DNA from: a virus
Lineage: Duplodnaviria > Caudoviricetes
Virus record (IMG/VR): IMGVR_UViG_3300041402_000464
Coordinates: 1-59,972 of that record
Direction: 5' to 3' (one strand)
Length of the DNA stretch: 59,972 bases
The translations under genes were made by a program, and so were the position numbers. The notes under the pieces are model-generated. The model did no database searches, was not told the DNA's origin, and saw only the letters and a list, made by a program, of their open reading frames with translations. Every line of letters begins with the position of its first letter. The first letter of the stretch is position 1. Shown one piece after another: positions 26,568-36,499 of the stretch.

Positions 26568-28340
26568 ATGTCAGAAAAAAAAGATAAACTATCTAAAATA
26601 GCAGAGCTTAAAAAACCTTTCCTTGAGAGCTTTTCCTATTATGCTCCCCGGTGCCTTAAAATCCAGATTGAGGACACTACAAAGGGCTCTAACCTGATTC
26701 CTTTTACACTCAAGACGACTCAGCGCGTCATGGAGGCCATACTTAAAGATATTAAGGCAAAGGGGCGCCTTATCCGTGTTCTCATCCTTAAGGCCAGACG
26801 ACAGGGCCTCAGTACATGGGTTGGTGGCCGTGCCTACTGGCATACGTCGAATAAGTTTAACCGGTATGCCGTGACAGTAACACATGAGCCAGAAGCAACC
26901 GACTTCATCTTTAAGATGACTAAGCGTTTCCATAATCTCGTTCCTGAGATATTCAAGCCCCAAACAAAACAGAATAATGCAAAGCTCCTTGAGTTTAACA
27001 ACAAGGAAGGTACAGGCCTTGACTCTGCCTTTCGTGTGGGTACAGCCGGTAAGAGTGACTATGGTTCTGGACAGCTTATCCACTATCTGCATTGCTCCGA
27101 AGTTGCCAAGTGGCCGAAAGAGACCGCGACGGACCTCTTGACCTCTCTACTACAGACAGTTCCGAAAGATCCGGACACGGAAATATATCTTGAATCGACT
27201 GCCAGGGGGATCGGCGGTGAGTTCCATACACGCTTCAAGGGCGCAAGGTTTAGGTATATAGCCAAGATCAATAAAGAGGGCCGTATATCCTATAGCTCAG
27301 AGATTAATGAAGATGCAGAACTGAGTAATCAGTATTCCATGGTTTTTATTCCTTGGTATATTGACCCTAAATACCAGATGCCTGTATCTGAATATGAGGA
27401 TATGACAAACTCTACCTTCGAGCTTAATGAGGAAGAGCGTCAAATGAAGGATGAGCATAACCTTATTGTAGATCATCTTGTATGGCGTCGATGGGCTATC
27501 TCTAACCTTTGTGGTGGCAATATAGAAACATTTTGGCAGGAATACCCTACCACATGGGAAGAAGCTTTCCTGACTTCCGGTAATCCCCTCTTTGATAATA
27601 AGAAGCTCTCTATTCTCAAAAAGAACGCTCCGACGCCCATCGCCCGATATGATCTTCTTTTCCATAATCATCAATGGACGGTAGAGAAACACGGCAAGCT
27701 CCGAGTGTGGAAAGAACCGGAACCAGGCAGGCATTACATAGTCGGTGCCGATATTTCCGAAGGCCTCACCACGGGAGACTTTAGTTGTGCCGATGTGATT
27801 GATCATCTGACGGGTGAACAGGTGGCACATTGGCACGGCAAGATAGATATAGACCTATTTGCTAAGGTTTTATTCTATTTAGCGACACGCTATAATAACG
27901 CATGGCTGGGACCGGAAAAGAATAACGCAGGAATAGGCGTCATCAATCGTCTGCATAATGATATGGAATATGCCAAACTCTATGTCGAGCAGGTTCCTGA
28001 TCCGCCGAATAAGTCAAAGAAACGCTATGGATGGGTAACAAACAAATCAACTAAATATGAAATGACGCAATATCTCATTGAGGACGTCCGGGAAGACTCC
28101 CACGGCATTAAGTGTGCCGAGACCTTTGAAGAGATGATGAGTTTTAAAGAGCAGGAGAACGGGAAGAGAGAGGCCGATGCCGGATGCTTTGATGACAGGG
28201 TAATGTCTATGGCCATAGCCAAGATACTGAGGGTTAAACTTCCCCCTCCCAGCAGGACAAATAAGCCGGGCGGTTTTCAGCCAAAGGGTAGGATTGGAAG
28301 AGGAAACAGAGGAAGACAGGCCTTAAAGGGGATTGTATGA
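26568..28340 (+). CDS. terL: Terminase large subunit
   Basis: ILKARRQGLST, LHCSEVAKW, ESTARG, QEYP, GADISEG, FDDRVMSMAIA. Confidence 0.95.
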   Translation: MSEKKDKLSKIAELKKPFLESFSYYAPRCLKIQIEDTTKGSNLIPFTLKTTQRVMEAILKDIKAKGRLIRVLILKARRQGLSTWVGGRAYWHTSNKFNRYAVTVTHEPEATDFIFKMTKRFHNLVPEIFKPQTKQNNAKLLEFNNKEGTGLDSAFRVGTAGKSDYGSGQLIHYLHCSEVAKWPKETATDLLTSLLQTVPKDPDTEIYLESTARGIGGEFHTRFKGARFRYIAKINKEGRISYSSEINEDAELSNQYSMVFIPWYIDPKYQMPVSEYEDMTNSTFELNEEERQMKDEHNLIVDHLVWRRWAISNLCGGNIETFWQEYPTTWEEAFLTSGNPLFDNKKLSILKKNAPTPIARYDLLFHNHQWTVEKHGKLRVWKEPEPGRHYIVGADISEGLTTGDFSCADVIDHLTGEQVAHWHGKIDIDLFAKVLFYLATRYNNAWLGPEKNNAGIGVINRLHNDMEYAKLYVEQVPDPPNKSKKRYGWVTNKSTKYEMTQYLIEDVREDSHGIKCAETFEEMMSFKEQENGKREADAGCFDDRVMSMAIAKILRVKLPPPSRTNKPGGFQPKGRIGRGNRGRQALKGIV

Positions 28341-28603
28341 ACAGAAGAGATGCTATTAAGAAGTGTGCCGCGTTATTGGGAGCTGCGATACTTGCCCCTA
28401 AAGTTATGGTAGATTTATTATTTAAGCCCAAACATATACCACTGAGTAATTGTAGCTCAGGGATGAGCACATTGATGGGTAATAAGTATGAATCATTAAC
28501 TCACGATCAGAAAATGGATCTTTGGGCTGAAGAAGCGGCTAAAGAAATGGCGGCAAAGATAGATAGAGATATTTTGGAAGAAATAATTAAGGCTGCGGCA
28601 TGA
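28337..28603 (+). CDS. Twin-arginine mini-protein with capsid-like helix
   Basis: MNRRDAIKKCAALLGAAILAP; WAEEAAKEMAAKIDRDILEEI. Confidence 0.6.
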   Translation: MNRRDAIKKCAALLGAAILAPKVMVDLLFKPKHIPLSNCSSGMSTLMGNKYESLTHDQKMDLWAEEAAKEMAAKIDRDILEEIIKAAA

Positions 28604-28782
28604 CTGGAAACAGGATAATAGACGAGCATGTTGATGTTGATAAGTTAAACCTCATAACTGAAATCCTTGAAGCAGGTAAGATTCTTGACAACCAGAAAAT
28701 ATCAATGGTAAGTAGGATGGGGATAGACGGAGATGGTAACATTATTGGATTCACCAATAAATATGGAGCGATATTGCCGTGA
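28600..28782 (+). CDS. Hypothetical protein
   Basis: Coupled ORF. Confidence 0.45.
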   Translation: MTGNRIIDEHVDVDKLNLITEILEAGKILDNQKISMVSRMGIDGDGNIIGFTNKYGAILP

Positions 28783-28975
28783 TTAAATCAGCCAAAACCC
28801 AGATTAGAGATGTAATCAGGATGCTTGATGGCATAAAAAATAAGCTTAAGAAGATCCTTGATCTTTTGGAGAAAATAGCCCCTGAATTGGATTAAACTTG
28901 ATTTTTCATGCCTTAAGTGGTAGTGATTAGTTTGAAAATAACTATTTACCGCCCTTAAAGGTAGGAGGTTTTGAT

Positions 28976-31072
28976 ATGGCATTAGAGGCAATTCCAACAA
29001 GTCCGGCTAGTTCAGCCGGTACTAACGGCCTTATTCGCGTTATGAATAATGAACAAATTAACGCAGCAGAAAAAGCGGCACAGCCCGTAGTTCCCCCTCA
29101 AGAAGAAAATCTTAATCACCTGGCCGGACGCCTCAATCACTATTGGCAACAAGCAAAAACAGCCAAGCAGGAAGTATCGGAGCGACTTTTAAAGTGTAAA
29201 CGTCAAATAGAGGGTGAATATGAACCAGATGTAAAGGCCGCTATCAAAGCCATGGGCGGTTCAGAAATCTTTATGATGATTACAGCACAGAAAAAGCATG
29301 ATCTTATGTCGTGGTTGCTGGATATATTGAAACCAACTGGCCCGAAAGACAGACTTTTTTCCCTCTCCCCTACCCCTATCCCAGACCTTCCCCCAGAAGT
29401 AGAACAAGAAATGTCTCGTCGCGTTATGAACGGCTTAATGCAGGAACTTACCATGCGTGTCGCCGCGACAGGTGAGCAGGTCGATGACGCTCAGATCAAT
29501 GAGCTTATGGGCGCCATGATGGATGACGCCACAGAAAAGATAAAGGTTGCCGTAAACGAGAAGGCCGCAGAAGTCGCAGAGCGCATGAGCGTGAAGATCG
29601 ACGACCAGATGGTAGAGGGTAAATGGTATAGGATTTTCAAAGATGTTATAAATGATTTTTGCAGTTTCCCTTCTGCAATTATGAAAGTTCCTGTAGTTAA
29701 AAGAAAGAAGCGTAAAGCTTATGTCCCAGATCCCGTAACGGGTAAATGGGGTATTCAAGTTAAGAAACAAGTAACGGCTGGGTTTAGCCGAGTATCACCA
29801 TGGAACTTTTTTCCCGGCCCGGATACCAATATCGATGATGAAGGGCAGATATCCGGTTATACTTGGGAGCGCCATAGATATAGCAGGAAGCAGATATCAA
29901 ACCTCATAGGCAATCCGGGCTATAAAGAAGATGCGATCAGGCGTGTTCTACAAAGATATAAAGATGGAGGCCTTAGAGAGTGGCTTTGGGCAGACTCAGA
30001 ACAAGAAAGACTTGATGGTAAGCAAAACTATCATTCATCTGAATTGATCGATGCGCTTGAATTTTACGGGCCTGTGCGCGGACAACTCTTGCTCGATTGG
30101 GGTATGGGTGCAGATAAGGTGCCTGATGCCGATATGGATTATGAGATAACCGCTATAATGATTGGCGGTGAGATTATCAAGGCCATTGTTGAGCCTGATA
30201 AACTGGATAGGAAACCATACCTCATATCTTCATTTGAGAAAGTACCTGGCTCCATATGGGGCAAGTCTCTCCCTGAAAGAATCGAAGATACTCAATCTAT
30301 GTGTAACGTATCGGCAAGATCGCTTCATAACAACGTAGCCATTGCGTCTGGCCCCACAATTGAGATAAACGCAAATAGGGCTGAACTAGACGCTATTTCT
30401 CCATGGATGATAATAAGGGCAACCGAAGACCAGATGAACTCCGGCAAAGCTGTCAACTTCTATCAAACAAGCATGCATGCAAGTGAACTTATGCAGGTTT
30501 ACATACACTATAAGAAAGAGGCCGACAATCAATCAGGAGTGCCGGCTTTTGCTCACGGGGATACTGCGGTGGGTGGTGCAGGGAATACGTCGTCAGGCCT
30601 ATCCATGATGATGTCAGCGGCAGGTAGAGGCATCAAGGCCAGTGTATCCAATATTGATATTGATATCATCGTTGAGGGTACTGAAAGAATGTATGATTTC
30701 AATATGCTCTATGATGAAGATGAGACCATAAAAGGTGATGCCAGGGTTAAGGCCGGCGGCAGCGCCTCTATGATTGCAAAAGAGCAGTTATCCGTAAGAC
30801 AAAAAGAGTTTATGGATTCTTTGGGCGGCAATGAGATGGCTATGCAGCTTGTGGGGCTTGAGGGGCTAGCGTACCAGATAGAGGAAGGGGCCAAGGCGGT
30901 AGAGCTTGACCCGGAGAAGCTACTACAGGGCATCCTTTCGGCAGGAGGTGGTGGCATGCCTATGGGTGGTGTGGCTCCCGGTCAGATGCCGGGCGGTGCA
31001 AATCTATTACCAGACGGATCACCCGCTGGGGGTGAAGCCGCAAAAACAGTATCAAATGAAGGGGGTAGTTAA
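28976..31072 (+). CDS. Portal protein
   Basis: 698 aa after TerL; RVSPWNFFP, FEKVPGSIWGKSLPE, NTSSGLSMMM. Confidence 0.9.
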   Translation: MALEAIPTSPASSAGTNGLIRVMNNEQINAAEKAAQPVVPPQEENLNHLAGRLNHYWQQAKTAKQEVSERLLKCKRQIEGEYEPDVKAAIKAMGGSEIFMMITAQKKHDLMSWLLDILKPTGPKDRLFSLSPTPIPDLPPEVEQEMSRRVMNGLMQELTMRVAATGEQVDDAQINELMGAMMDDATEKIKVAVNEKAAEVAERMSVKIDDQMVEGKWYRIFKDVINDFCSFPSAIMKVPVVKRKKRKAYVPDPVTGKWGIQVKKQVTAGFSRVSPWNFFPGPDTNIDDEGQISGYTWERHRYSRKQISNLIGNPGYKEDAIRRVLQRYKDGGLREWLWADSEQERLDGKQNYHSSELIDALEFYGPVRGQLLLDWGMGADKVPDADMDYEITAIMIGGEIIKAIVEPDKLDRKPYLISSFEKVPGSIWGKSLPERIEDTQSMCNVSARSLHNNVAIASGPTIEINANRAELDAISPWMIIRATEDQMNSGKAVNFYQTSMHASELMQVYIHYKKEADNQSGVPAFAHGDTAVGGAGNTSSGLSMMMSAAGRGIKASVSNIDIDIIVEGTERMYDFNMLYDEDETIKGDARVKAGGSASMIAKEQLSVRQKEFMDSLGGNEMAMQLVGLEGLAYQIEEGAKAVELDPEKLLQGILSAGGGGMPMGGVAPGQMPGGANLLPDGSPAGGEAAKTVSNEGGS

Positions 31073-31074
31073 GA

Positions 31075-31307
31075 TGGCAAATGGTTTTATGTTCTTTGTG
31101 GACGGGAAAAAAGGTGGGGACTCAATAGAGTTCTTAATGAAAAAGGGTTATGCCAAAGGTTTTGCTCAGGACTTGCTTGAGGCAATAGACAAGATGGCTA
31201 AAAGCGATGAGGATATCGTTTTCACTTTCCACGGGAGGCCATTGGCAAAGAGCCAAGTCCTTCTCGAAGAGATCAAAGAGAACTCAAGGAGGATTATTAC
31301 CCATTGA
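31075..31307 (+). CDS. Hypothetical protein
   Basis: MANGFMFF start just after portal stop. Confidence 0.45.
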
Positions 31308-31564
31308 TGCTACCTAAAGGAAAAGACGAGGTTCGGAAGGGATTACTTCAATCCATAGTTGCGCTTAACAATAACCCCGACTTTGAAGCCGTGATGGAGT
31401 ATCTTGACGAAGCAGGCCACTATTGTGCTGCTCAGGCATGTGTTCAGCAAGACGATAGCCTTGCAAAGAAATGTGCCGGTGGGTTTATCACTCTCCATGA
31501 GTTTAAAAAGCTTGTTGAGGGTGCTGATGAAGAGCTTGAAAGGCTCAAAGGTAGAAAGAAGTAA
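31304..31564 (+). CDS. Hypothetical head-module protein
   Basis: Small ORF between portal and scaffold. Confidence 0.6.
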   Translation: MMLPKGKDEVRKGLLQSIVALNNNPDFEAVMEYLDEAGHYCAAQACVQQDDSLAKKCAGGFITLHEFKKLVEGADEELERLKGRKK

Positions 31565-31654
31565 CTTTATTATTGACTTTTAAGCCTATAGGTGCTTTAA
31601 ATAGGCTTTAAGTAACAAAACAGAATTGTCGCACCCTTGGTAACACGCTAGGGC

Positions 31655-31696
31655 AAAGACCACGTTGATGAGGAAATCATTGCGTGGTCTTTTTTT
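31655..31696 (+). terminator. Rho-independent terminator before scaffold leader
   Basis: AAAGACCACG...CGTGGTCTTTTTTT. Confidence 0.75.
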
Positions 31697-31709
31697 GTTT
31701 AAAGGGCAA

Positions 31710-31845
31710 CCGGAATACCTCTTAGAGACTCCGGGAACCTGAAAATGTAACAAGTCGAAGACCGTATAAGGCGGCTCGACACAACAGAACAACCGAAGAC
31801 CGCATAAGACGGCTCGGTAAAGCCAAGACCGTGAAGTCGGCTGGC
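31710..31845 (+). promoter_or_regulatory. Four tandem hairpins in the scaffold 5' leader
   Basis: Co-varying outer stems CCGGA/TCCGG, GTCGA/TCGAC, ACCGA/TCGGT, GCCA/TGGC with shared A(G/T)AC core. Confidence 0.65.
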
Positions 31846-31859
31846 ATGGAGGAAGTAAG

Positions 31860-32810
31860 ATGATACCAAAGAGCGTTCAAGATCAGGCAAAAAGAGCAGA
31901 TGATTTACTTAAGGCACAGGCTGGTGGAGGCAAAGAAGAAGGAACACCAACAAAGGTTGAAGTTGAACCTGCGAAGGCTCCTGTAGTTGAACCTGCCAAA
32001 GTAGAACCAGTTGCCGCAGTATCGCAACCTGTTATTCCTGTGAAGGGCTCAGAAGATTTCGAGCAGAAGTACAGAGTTATACAGGGCAAGTATAATGCAG
32101 AAATTCCTGCACTACAAACCCAGGTTGAGACTCTTACTGACCAAGTTAAGAAGTTCATGGAGAACAAGCAAGCTGAACCTGCTAAGACGCCTGAAAACTT
32201 CAACGAGGCTGTTAAAGCCATGGAGGATCAATACGGGCCAGAGTTTACCGAAATGGTGAACAATGCGGCAGGGGCAAGGGCGGCAGAGATAGCCAATGGG
32301 ATTGTCGATGAAAGGCTTAAGGACATCAATCATAGGGTTGATACCGTTGCGGAAACGCAGGTCCAGACAGCTTCGGAAAAGTTCTATGGAAATCTCAATA
32401 CTGGTTTATCCAATTGGAAGACGATTAACTCAGACCCTACTTTCTTGGCGTGGCTTAGTAAGCCGATTGATGCCGAGCTTGGAGGTGAAACCTATATGGA
32501 TAAGTTGAAAGCGGCCTACAACTCTCTGAATGATGCAATGGTGCTTACAATCTTCAACAGGCATCTCAAACTTAATCCTCAAGCAGCACAGGATAATACC
32601 TCTAAACTGGAAGAGTTGATTGTTCCTGAAAATCAAGGTGGTGGGGAAGACCTCACTAATCTTAACAAGGAAAAGAAAACTTACACTCAGGCAGAGGTAA
32701 GCCAGTTTTACACAGACAGTGCAGCTGGCAAATACAAAGACAGGCCCGAAGAGAAGGCGCAAATGGAAGCGGATATATTCGCAGCGCAGTCAGAGGGCAG
32801 AATCACATAA
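31860..32810 (+). CDS. Scaffolding protein (putative)
   Basis: EQKYRVIQGKYNAE, NWKTINSDPTFLAWL, C-terminal AAQSEGRI; directly before capsid gene. Confidence 0.75.
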   Translation: MIPKSVQDQAKRADDLLKAQAGGGKEEGTPTKVEVEPAKAPVVEPAKVEPVAAVSQPVIPVKGSEDFEQKYRVIQGKYNAEIPALQTQVETLTDQVKKFMENKQAEPAKTPENFNEAVKAMEDQYGPEFTEMVNNAAGARAAEIANGIVDERLKDINHRVDTVAETQVQTASEKFYGNLNTGLSNWKTINSDPTFLAWLSKPIDAELGGETYMDKLKAAYNSLNDAMVLTIFNRHLKLNPQAAQDNTSKLEELIVPENQGGGEDLTNLNKEKKTYTQAEVSQFYTDSAAGKYKDRPEEKAQMEADIFAAQSEGRIT

Positions 32811-32856
32811 TCAAGCGCAACCATTGGGCTGCGCTTAAATCTTAGGAGGTTTTAAA

Positions 32857-33789
32857 ATGTCACTAGATAGAGCGGCGGGGCATCCCAATTATTCATCTGA
32901 TGGAACCAATAAGTTTATCCCGGAGATATGGTCCGGCAAGCTTATTGAGAAATTTTACGCAGCCACAGTTTTCGGTGCGATAGCAAATACCGATTATGAA
33001 GGCGAGATCAAGGCGATGGGCGATAAGGTTATAATCAGAACCAGAGCCGATATTACCGTCAAGCCGTATGTGAAGGGAATGGAGCTTGAGTTCGAGAACC
33101 TTGAGTCTCCCAGCAAGGAACTTCTGATCGACAAGGCTTGGTATTTTGCCTTTGCGCTGGATGACGTCGATATGCACCAATCAGACCTTGCCCTTATGAA
33201 TGAGTGGTCTGATGATGCTTCGGAGCAAATGAAGCAGAAGGTAGACCAGGATATTCTTGGCAGTATCTACGCTGATGCCAATGCGTACAACAAGGGAGCT
33301 ACAGCCGGTAAGATTTCAGGCAGTTTTAATATGGGGGAAACCACTGCTCCTGTTGCCATTACCAAGGGAAATATCCTTGATTCTATCATAGATGCCGGTA
33401 CGATTCTCGACGAGCAGAATATCCCTGAGACTAGCAGGTTTCTTGTTATTCCTGCATGGATGGCTGGTCTGATCAAAAAATCTGATCTGAAAGATGCGAG
33501 TCTTTCCGGTGATGGTACTTCCATTATGAGGAACGGAAGGCTTGGTATCATCGACAGGTTTACTCTGTATACATCTAATAATCTTAGCCCTGTATTAGAT
33601 AGCGGTTTTAACTGCTACAACACCCTGTTCGGCCACATCTCTGCTCTGACGTTTGCATCTCAGATCAATAAGGTCAAAAAGGTGGAGCCATCAAAAAGTT
33701 TCACCGAAGGTGTGAAAGGCTTGCAGGTTTATGGATATGAAGTCCTCAAGGATGAATCTCTTGGTGTTCTTTATGCCCGTAAAGGCTAA
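32857..33789 (+). CDS. Major capsid protein
   Basis: FIPEIWSGKL, NTDYEGEIKAMGDKVII, GLQVYGYEV. Confidence 0.93.
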   Translation: MSLDRAAGHPNYSSDGTNKFIPEIWSGKLIEKFYAATVFGAIANTDYEGEIKAMGDKVIIRTRADITVKPYVKGMELEFENLESPSKELLIDKAWYFAFALDDVDMHQSDLALMNEWSDDASEQMKQKVDQDILGSIYADANAYNKGATAGKISGSFNMGETTAPVAITKGNILDSIIDAGTILDEQNIPETSRFLVIPAWMAGLIKKSDLKDASLSGDGTSIMRNGRLGIIDRFTLYTSNNLSPVLDSGFNCYNTLFGHISALTFASQINKVKKVEPSKSFTEGVKGLQVYGYEVLKDESLGVLYARKG

Positions 33790-33866
33790 ATCTTAATTAA
33801 TCCATGGTGAGGGGCTCAGGCCCCTTTGCCATACCTTTTAACTTAATCCTTTTGGGAGGATAAAAA

Positions 33867-34304
33867 ATGTCTGAAATTACTTCAATGAAAGCTCCTGGCG
33901 CTGGTGAAAAAGGCTGGCAGGCGGTTGATAAACAGTATCTACAGGAAGTTACTCTCGACTTTTCTGATACAGGTGCATTGACTACTGATAGTGTTGTGGT
34001 ATTCAATGTCAAGGCCAAGCAGTTGCTTATGGGCATGCTCGTAGAGGTCGTAACGCCAGAGGGCGCCACAGCAACAATCGATATCGGCCTTACCGGTGGA
34101 GATGTAGACAGGTTCATCGATGGTGCAAATATCAACGGTGCGGCTGGTACGGTCCAGAAGTCTGGTGATGCCGGTACTAAAGAGGTGATCGTTGCCGAAG
34201 GTGGTTATTATTTTTCCGCTGCAGACAACATTGATCTTCTGCCGCTGAATGATCTTGACACGGCAGTTATCAAGGTCTTTGCATGGTTCCAGGACCTTAG
34301 CTAA
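33867..34304 (+). CDS. Capsid decoration/cement-like protein
   Basis: Follows MCP; ATATIDIGLTGGDVDRFIDG. Confidence 0.6.
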   Translation: MSEITSMKAPGAGEKGWQAVDKQYLQEVTLDFSDTGALTTDSVVVFNVKAKQLLMGMLVEVVTPEGATATIDIGLTGGDVDRFIDGANINGAAGTVQKSGDAGTKEVIVAEGGYYFSAADNIDLLPLNDLDTAVIKVFAWFQDLS

Positions 34305-34309
34305 GGAAT

Positions 34310-34330
34310 GGGGGCTTAGGCCCCTTTTTT
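34310..34330 (+). terminator. Rho-independent terminator
   Basis: GGGGC TTAG GCCCC TTTTTT. Confidence 0.75.
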
Positions 34331-34356
34331 CTTTAAACCTTAAGGAGAGGTGTGAA

Positions 34357-35070
34357 ATGTTTAAAAAATTATCATTATTCGTGATGCTTATATGTCTCAC
34401 GTTGTTTCTAAGCAATCCTGCATATGCCGCATGGCGTAGCGAACTGGCAATTGGGACGCTTGAGCTTCAAGGGAATAGTTCAGGAACTACCCAGACACTT
34501 ATGATAGACAGGTTTGGGAAGATCCTCCTGCAGACAGGTACTACCGTTCCCGCTGACGGGACAACAGGTTTTGCCAAAGGTGGAAAGTTTATTGACACTG
34601 ACGCCGTAAATGCCATGAGGTCTATTTATGAGAACCAAGGTACTACGACCAGCAGCGCCTTTAAAGTTTCCGGTGGAGAAGAACAGGTCCTTGCGGCTAC
34701 ATATGATTTTGCTGTAGACGGTGGGACTCATAATAGTTCTTATGGTCTAGGAATTTCCTTGCCAGACAATGCCATAGTCACTAGATCTTGGTATGAGGTG
34801 CTTACCACTTTCCAAAGTTCTGGTGATATAACCGCAATGTCTTTGGATATACCTACGGATGATGCCGCAGGACTTGTTGCTTTTACTGCCATAAGTACAA
34901 CCGGGGATGTGTGGGATGCTGGATACCATGAAGCCATACAGGTTGGGACGACTGCTACTTTTGCGGAGAAAACCACCGCTGAGAGAGAAATCACTTTTTC
35001 AATCAATAGTAGCGAAAATCTTACCGCAGGGAAGGCAACCTTCTTTATTGAATATGTTGTGACTGAATAA
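34357..35070 (+). CDS. Virion-module protein with signal-peptide-like N-terminus
   Basis: MFKKLSLFVMLICLTLFLSNPAYAA; beta-rich body. Confidence 0.65.
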   Translation: MFKKLSLFVMLICLTLFLSNPAYAAWRSELAIGTLELQGNSSGTTQTLMIDRFGKILLQTGTTVPADGTTGFAKGGKFIDTDAVNAMRSIYENQGTTTSSAFKVSGGEEQVLAATYDFAVDGGTHNSSYGLGISLPDNAIVTRSWYEVLTTFQSSGDITAMSLDIPTDDAAGLVAFTAISTTGDVWDAGYHEAIQVGTTATFAEKTTAEREITFSINSSENLTAGKATFFIEYVVTE

Positions 35071-35151
35071 ATTTATTTGTTCAGTAAAAGAGGAGGGGCG
35101 GCGTCTACCCCGTTAGCCCCTCCTCCCACTTAATAATTGTGAGGTGACATT

Positions 35152-35532
35152 GTGAAAAAATATATAACCGGAATACTCTTAGTTCTTCTTTTTATCAGTT
35201 CTGCTTACGCCGGAACGATCATGTTACGTGGCGCTACCGCAACAGGGGAAAGTGGCAGTTTATTTGTTGACGGAGAGAAATACCATACCTTTAATTGCTC
35301 CTTCCTTACTTCGACATCTATCACGGCATTTACCGCTGTGTTACAGGGCTCAATCGACGACGAAACAACTTGGTCTGATCTTGGAACCAACGTCTTTGAT
35401 GCCACAGAACTTTCAAATAGATATAGCATGATGCATCCGGTCAGCAGGGCGGTAGATCATGTCCGGATAAACATAACGGCGCTCACAGGCACAGACCTTG
35501 ATGCTGACTGTTATTACAGGTCAGGGAGGTAA
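35152..35532 (+). CDS. Virion-module protein with signal-peptide-like N-terminus
   Basis: MKKYITGILLVLLFISSAYAG; LQGSIDDETTWSDL. Confidence 0.65.
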   Translation: MKKYITGILLVLLFISSAYAGTIMLRGATATGESGSLFVDGEKYHTFNCSFLTSTSITAFTAVLQGSIDDETTWSDLGTNVFDATELSNRYSMMHPVSRAVDHVRINITALTGTDLDADCYYRSGR

Positions 35533-35535
35533 GCC

Positions 35536-36495
35536 ATGAAAAGATTATTTCTAACAAGTCTGTTCCTGCTTTTTACCTGCCTCTATGCCTATGGTGATAC
35601 AGAGGTTGTAGGCCTACCCGGTGGTGGCGGTATTTCCGATGGTGATGATGTTACCTTTGGCTTTGGTGTTTTCAGTACAATCCTTGATGATGCTACAGGA
35701 GATGAAGCTGCCTTAACCGTAAAATATGAAACCAATAAGGCTACATCCGGTATTGATTACGGGATTTTTCTTGACTACACGGACACTAATAGCCCTGGAA
35801 CCAGTTATGCTTTTATGTTTAAAAAAAACGGGGTTGTTACGTTTTCGGTACAATCTAATGGTTTTATGGCTGCTTTAGGCGGTATTACTGCTCCTAAGGT
35901 GGAGCATCCGTCAAACAATGCTCCCCTCCTCTTAAGGTCTAGGCCAACTTTTTCCACAGCAGGAACAGGGGTACGGCTTCAATATGGGTCTACTTCGTCG
36001 GCCTCTACAGGACAATTCAATGCAGTTGCTATAGAGCAGATTTATAATCAATCAGGGAATGCAGGTTATACTGATTTATTCCTCAATCATTCCACTATAG
36101 CCGAAGGTTCGGGGGATAAATATTTCATACAGGCCGCAGAGAATAACGATGTAAGGTTTTCGGTTGATAATCACGGGAGTTCTGATACTGGAGGAGCGGT
36201 TGCCTTCTCAGGAATATCAACCGCAACGGTAGATTATACAATAGGTAATTTTAAAGACGACCCCACATGGTTCATAGAATGTGATGCAACCTTAGGAAAC
36301 ATATCAACTACTCTTCCCCTTGTAGCAGATAAGAAAGGAAGACTGTTGGAAGTCAAATTAATGTCTGCGGCCAATGGTTGTTACTTAGATGGTAATGGAG
36401 CAGAGACTATAGACGGAATAACAGGGCAGGCTATTACAACTCAATATAATATAATAAGCTTAATTGCAGGGGCAACCGAATGGTTGATACGGTAA
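35536..36495 (+). CDS. Fibre-like protein with signal-peptide-like N-terminus
   Basis: MKRLFLTSLFLLFTCLYAYG; C-terminal DGNGAETIDG...EWLI fibre domain. Confidence 0.65.
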   Translation: MKRLFLTSLFLLFTCLYAYGDTEVVGLPGGGGISDGDDVTFGFGVFSTILDDATGDEAALTVKYETNKATSGIDYGIFLDYTDTNSPGTSYAFMFKKNGVVTFSVQSNGFMAALGGITAPKVEHPSNNAPLLLRSRPTFSTAGTGVRLQYGSTSSASTGQFNAVAIEQIYNQSGNAGYTDLFLNHSTIAEGSGDKYFIQAAENNDVRFSVDNHGSSDTGGAVAFSGISTATVDYTIGNFKDDPTWFIECDATLGNISTTLPLVADKKGRLLEVKLMSAANGCYLDGNGAETIDGITGQAITTQYNIISLIAGATEWLIR

Positions 36496-36499
36496 TATT

